The notes under the pieces are model-generated. The model did no database searches and was not told the origin of the DNA. It saw nothing but the letters and a program-made list of their open reading frames with translations. A stretch of 64,000 nt of DNA from Candidatus Omnitrophota bacterium (GTDB lineage Bacteria; Omnitrophota; Gorgyraeia; Zapsychrales; Fredricksoniimonadaceae). Position numbers and translations under genes: made by a program. Where the stretch lies: the NCBI GenBank assembly GCA_044225175.1, contig JBGAJA010000003.1, positions 69,428 to 133,427 on the forward strand. Direction: 5' to 3'. Of this stretch, positions 62,901 through 64,000 are shown piece after piece; the stretch's first letter is position 1, and each line of letters begins with the position of its first letter.

Positions 62901-64000
62901 AGGGGAAAACGCTGATTTTATTGGGAAGTTTGCCTATCAGGATGATAAACAGTTCGAGACTCTATTAAATTCCGTTTTGAGCTATATTAAGGCCGGAGAA
63001 TATGAAAAGCTTATTACATTGTTGCAAAGTTATTCCGACCTCAAAAGAACAAACAAAGCCCTCTCAGATACACAGCTTCTTTCAATTCATGGATTAGAAC
63101 TTTATCAACCTACACGCAGTTGGGACAATTTGGAGGAATGGGTCAACGCATTGACTCTATTACCTCATTTAAGCGATAAAATTGTCTCACACATTATTGT
63201 GACGATGGATTTGTTAAAACAAGGTGTGGGAGAGCAGGTTGGATTCAGGTCCCGAGATTCCGTTGAAAATAGGCTGCCACGAATTCGAAGATCTCTTGTG
63301 CAAGCCCTCAAAGTTGTTCCAAGTGTAACCGATAAGAAAAGATTAACGAAAGTTTTGTCCCTAGGTACATCGGGAGATGTAGATGCCTTACGCAAACAAG
63401 CCATCGTGATGGTTCAGGCTACAACAGGAGGAAGAGACTCTAGAGAAGGGATTGTTGGACGTATCCGTGATAGGATCCATAATCAACAAAGTCCCCAGGA
63501 TTTGCATGTTGTGAAAGCTTATCGGGATTTTGTTGCAAATGGAAATGAGCAAGGTCTTCGGTTCTATGAATATGAACCAACGGAGACAGACATTGTCAAT
63601 AAAACAAGAAAGAATGATGTTCTAAAGGCCATAGATCAATTGATAGTTACACTCGAGTTTATCTATGGAGATCAAAATCTAACCAGCATGAATGACTTTC
63701 TGGACAAATTAAATTTACGTAATCAAGAACAGTTGCCGAATAAAGTAAGGGATTTCATTGTTTCTAAGAATTTGGATCAGATGTCCAGACTCGAGGAACT
63801 TGTTGTAATCCGAAAGAATCTGCACGAATTTATCCTGCAGGCTGAAGGAGAGGATTTATTGTCAGCCATTCAATTGGATAACCGTTTGGAACTTCTTTAT
63901 TATAAGTTTTTTAACGAGGCGAAAGAAAACATTGATGTTGGAGATTTGTTTCAGGCCATGCAGTTTTTGAGGAATATTTTAAAAAATGTCGCGTTAAGCG
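59935..64000 (+). CDS. Very large secreted repeat protein (more than 1340 aa within the window; C-terminus beyond the right edge) with ARM/HEAT-like R/KPDLI..F repeats
   Basis: The frame from ATG 59935 (MPWNFDIRKGISIGIVMAFLANTMAVPPSYA-QS signal peptide) was hand-checked stop-free at 60961, 62041, 63001 and 63961 through position 64000. Recurrent VSQRPDLINEQF / VETRPDLISQEF / YKLRPDLISSKF / KSKPQLITTHVV units. Not in the ORF track because no stop lies in the window. Confidence 0.65.
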   Translation, partial: MPWNFDIRKGISIGIVMAFLANTMAVPPSYAQSRINLPAPQQMLSPSVKFSPAILTGMTIHPENPLQFDFIIDSGDDHLKDETFKRESQKLINYFMAALTVPEDEMWVNLSPYEKNRIIADGLGNTEMGRDMLAQDYLLKQLTASLLYPEKGVGKEFWQRIYSAAKEKFGTTDIPTHLFNKVWIIPQEADIYVNANNVFVTKSHLKVMLEEDYLAMDKNIALTRGHVHNKTNKNVSPSRLPNDAVLNTKAPQGNTLNALSSHIIRQIILPEIEKEVNEGKNFANLRQIYHSMILATWYKSKLKNSLLSTIYLDKNKTKGIELEDKAVKEKIYAQYLKSFKKGVYNYIKEDYDFQSQKIVPRKYFLGGLKFEGISQAMLTKGTQPSQEWIKEQRNPKNIVRVNAAMLVNNPSKALRQMEEDNKKLIVYLAWQKLYAQVKEGDRTAILKLKVLVKNRPGFFNSSLLEDLFNVSDKPDSYAYEAIAEFVSQRPDLINEQFVTKLLDRLIHHPDKYKDIAKIFGYVAKSKPQLITTHVVQTILQFQNTSDREKSFDFDVRGKLLVEIIKANHSFADQIVAKLMNELKAKSIPLRPRALYAAEILEEIHGIVPGSTNINAISSQLERLSVDQDTTPLYLRIAAKVNPVLIEKDDVHDLLSKITSEGSTEHKIEVWQAIGALVETRPDLISQEFAQEIIVKSSWFIEEAQQEIMINVLYAIAKISPEFHAFIVSKLWEELIGAKDFVSIGVAPILKKLILQDKVIGKEVLGKILFELKGGYSENYTIGSSSMSLLKSISQIMPEEFNDDVMEQVFAYKKSAFFNHIEKELTEIIYNISKINRLRAKRLMARAIKKEDGLGRFFADNNDDFYMESGAVPFVLKVSPELLTEQMANRLMQELLTSEEHRYQYIDTEEDLLEIYKLRPDLISSKFLFEYCLKKERDLNVLVGILQVDGIASEVVDSYRMDLMYRWNISSLRREEMDNALFIYSFLITQGENADFIGKFAYQDDKQFETLLNSVLSYIKAGEYEKLITLLQSYSDLKRTNKALSDTQLLSIHGLELYQPTRSWDNLEEWVNALTLLPHLSDKIVSHIIVTMDLLKQGVGEQVGFRSRDSVENRLPRIRRSLVQALKVVPSVTDKKRLTKVLSLGTSGDVDALRKQAIVMVQATTGGRDSREGIVGRIRDRIHNQQSPQDLHVVKAYRDFVANGNEQGLRFYEYEPTETDIVNKTRKNDVLKAIDQLIVTLEFIYGDQNLTSMNDFLDKLNLRNQEQLPNKVRDFIVSKNLDQMSRLEELVVIRKNLHEFILQAEGEDLLSAIQLDNRLELLYYKFFNEAKENIDVGDLFQAMQFLRNILKNVALS

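Noticed and set aside
1-64000. CRISPR arrays, rRNA genes, IS/transposase genes
   Set aside because: No regularly spaced direct repeats, rRNA-like conserved blocks or transposase ORFs were seen on either strand.

Overview
This 64-kb window is AT-rich (roughly 38-40% GC by eye) and comes from a Gram-negative chromosome. The provided ORF track omits genes that run off either edge, and two such genes were recovered by hand: an AsmA-like gene on the minus strand at 1..2400 and a secreted repeat protein of more than 1340 aa starting at 59935 on the plus strand. Left to right, the window contains an AsmA-like gene, tRNA-Pro, and an operon of a TPR-containing GT39/TMTC-like membrane protein, ptsP (GAF-EI, EI-Ntr) and a polytopic membrane protein. 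tRNA-Arg(TCT) and tRNA-His(GTG) follow, and an integrative island starts exactly at the tRNA-His 3' end. The island carries a large serine recombinase, an HTH excisionase-like gene, a TOPRIM/SF3 primase-helicase with a separate Zn-ribbon protein, lipoprotein/SHOCT genes and an 834-aa DUF4238 + SEC-C protein. Its right side holds duplicated zeta-toxin-like ATPase plus small-partner modules, each followed by a degenerate copy of the tRNA-His 3' end, and one ATPase copy is 5'-truncated. Downstream are a VOC/PhnB-like gene, a MORN-variant gene, and a PilV/W/X-like minor-pilin operon preceded by a hairpin-rich leader that ends in a terminator. After that come a histidine-kinase C-terminal remnant, a periplasmic lipid-binding cluster (Blc lipocalin, YceI-like, TIGR04073-like, SDR-DUF2867 fused in frame to a CHI-like domain), and ppc, whose conserved N-terminus lies upstream of the first ATG. 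The rest of the window holds a 1204-aa CheB-CheR-PAS-histidine kinase, a metal-uptake locus (ZnuA/ZnuB-like with a strong promoter), an LldD-like oxidase, a CPA2 antiporter, a KaiC homolog coupled to a hybrid histidine kinase, a GldA/F/G-like ABC-2 system, a two-component cluster (2 HK, 3 RR), several tiny SD-preceded membrane ORFs, and a His/Tyr-rich secreted protein. No rRNA, CRISPR array or transposase was seen. The most promising places for an undescribed system are the tRNA-His island cargo and the att-scarred ATPase/small-gene modules.
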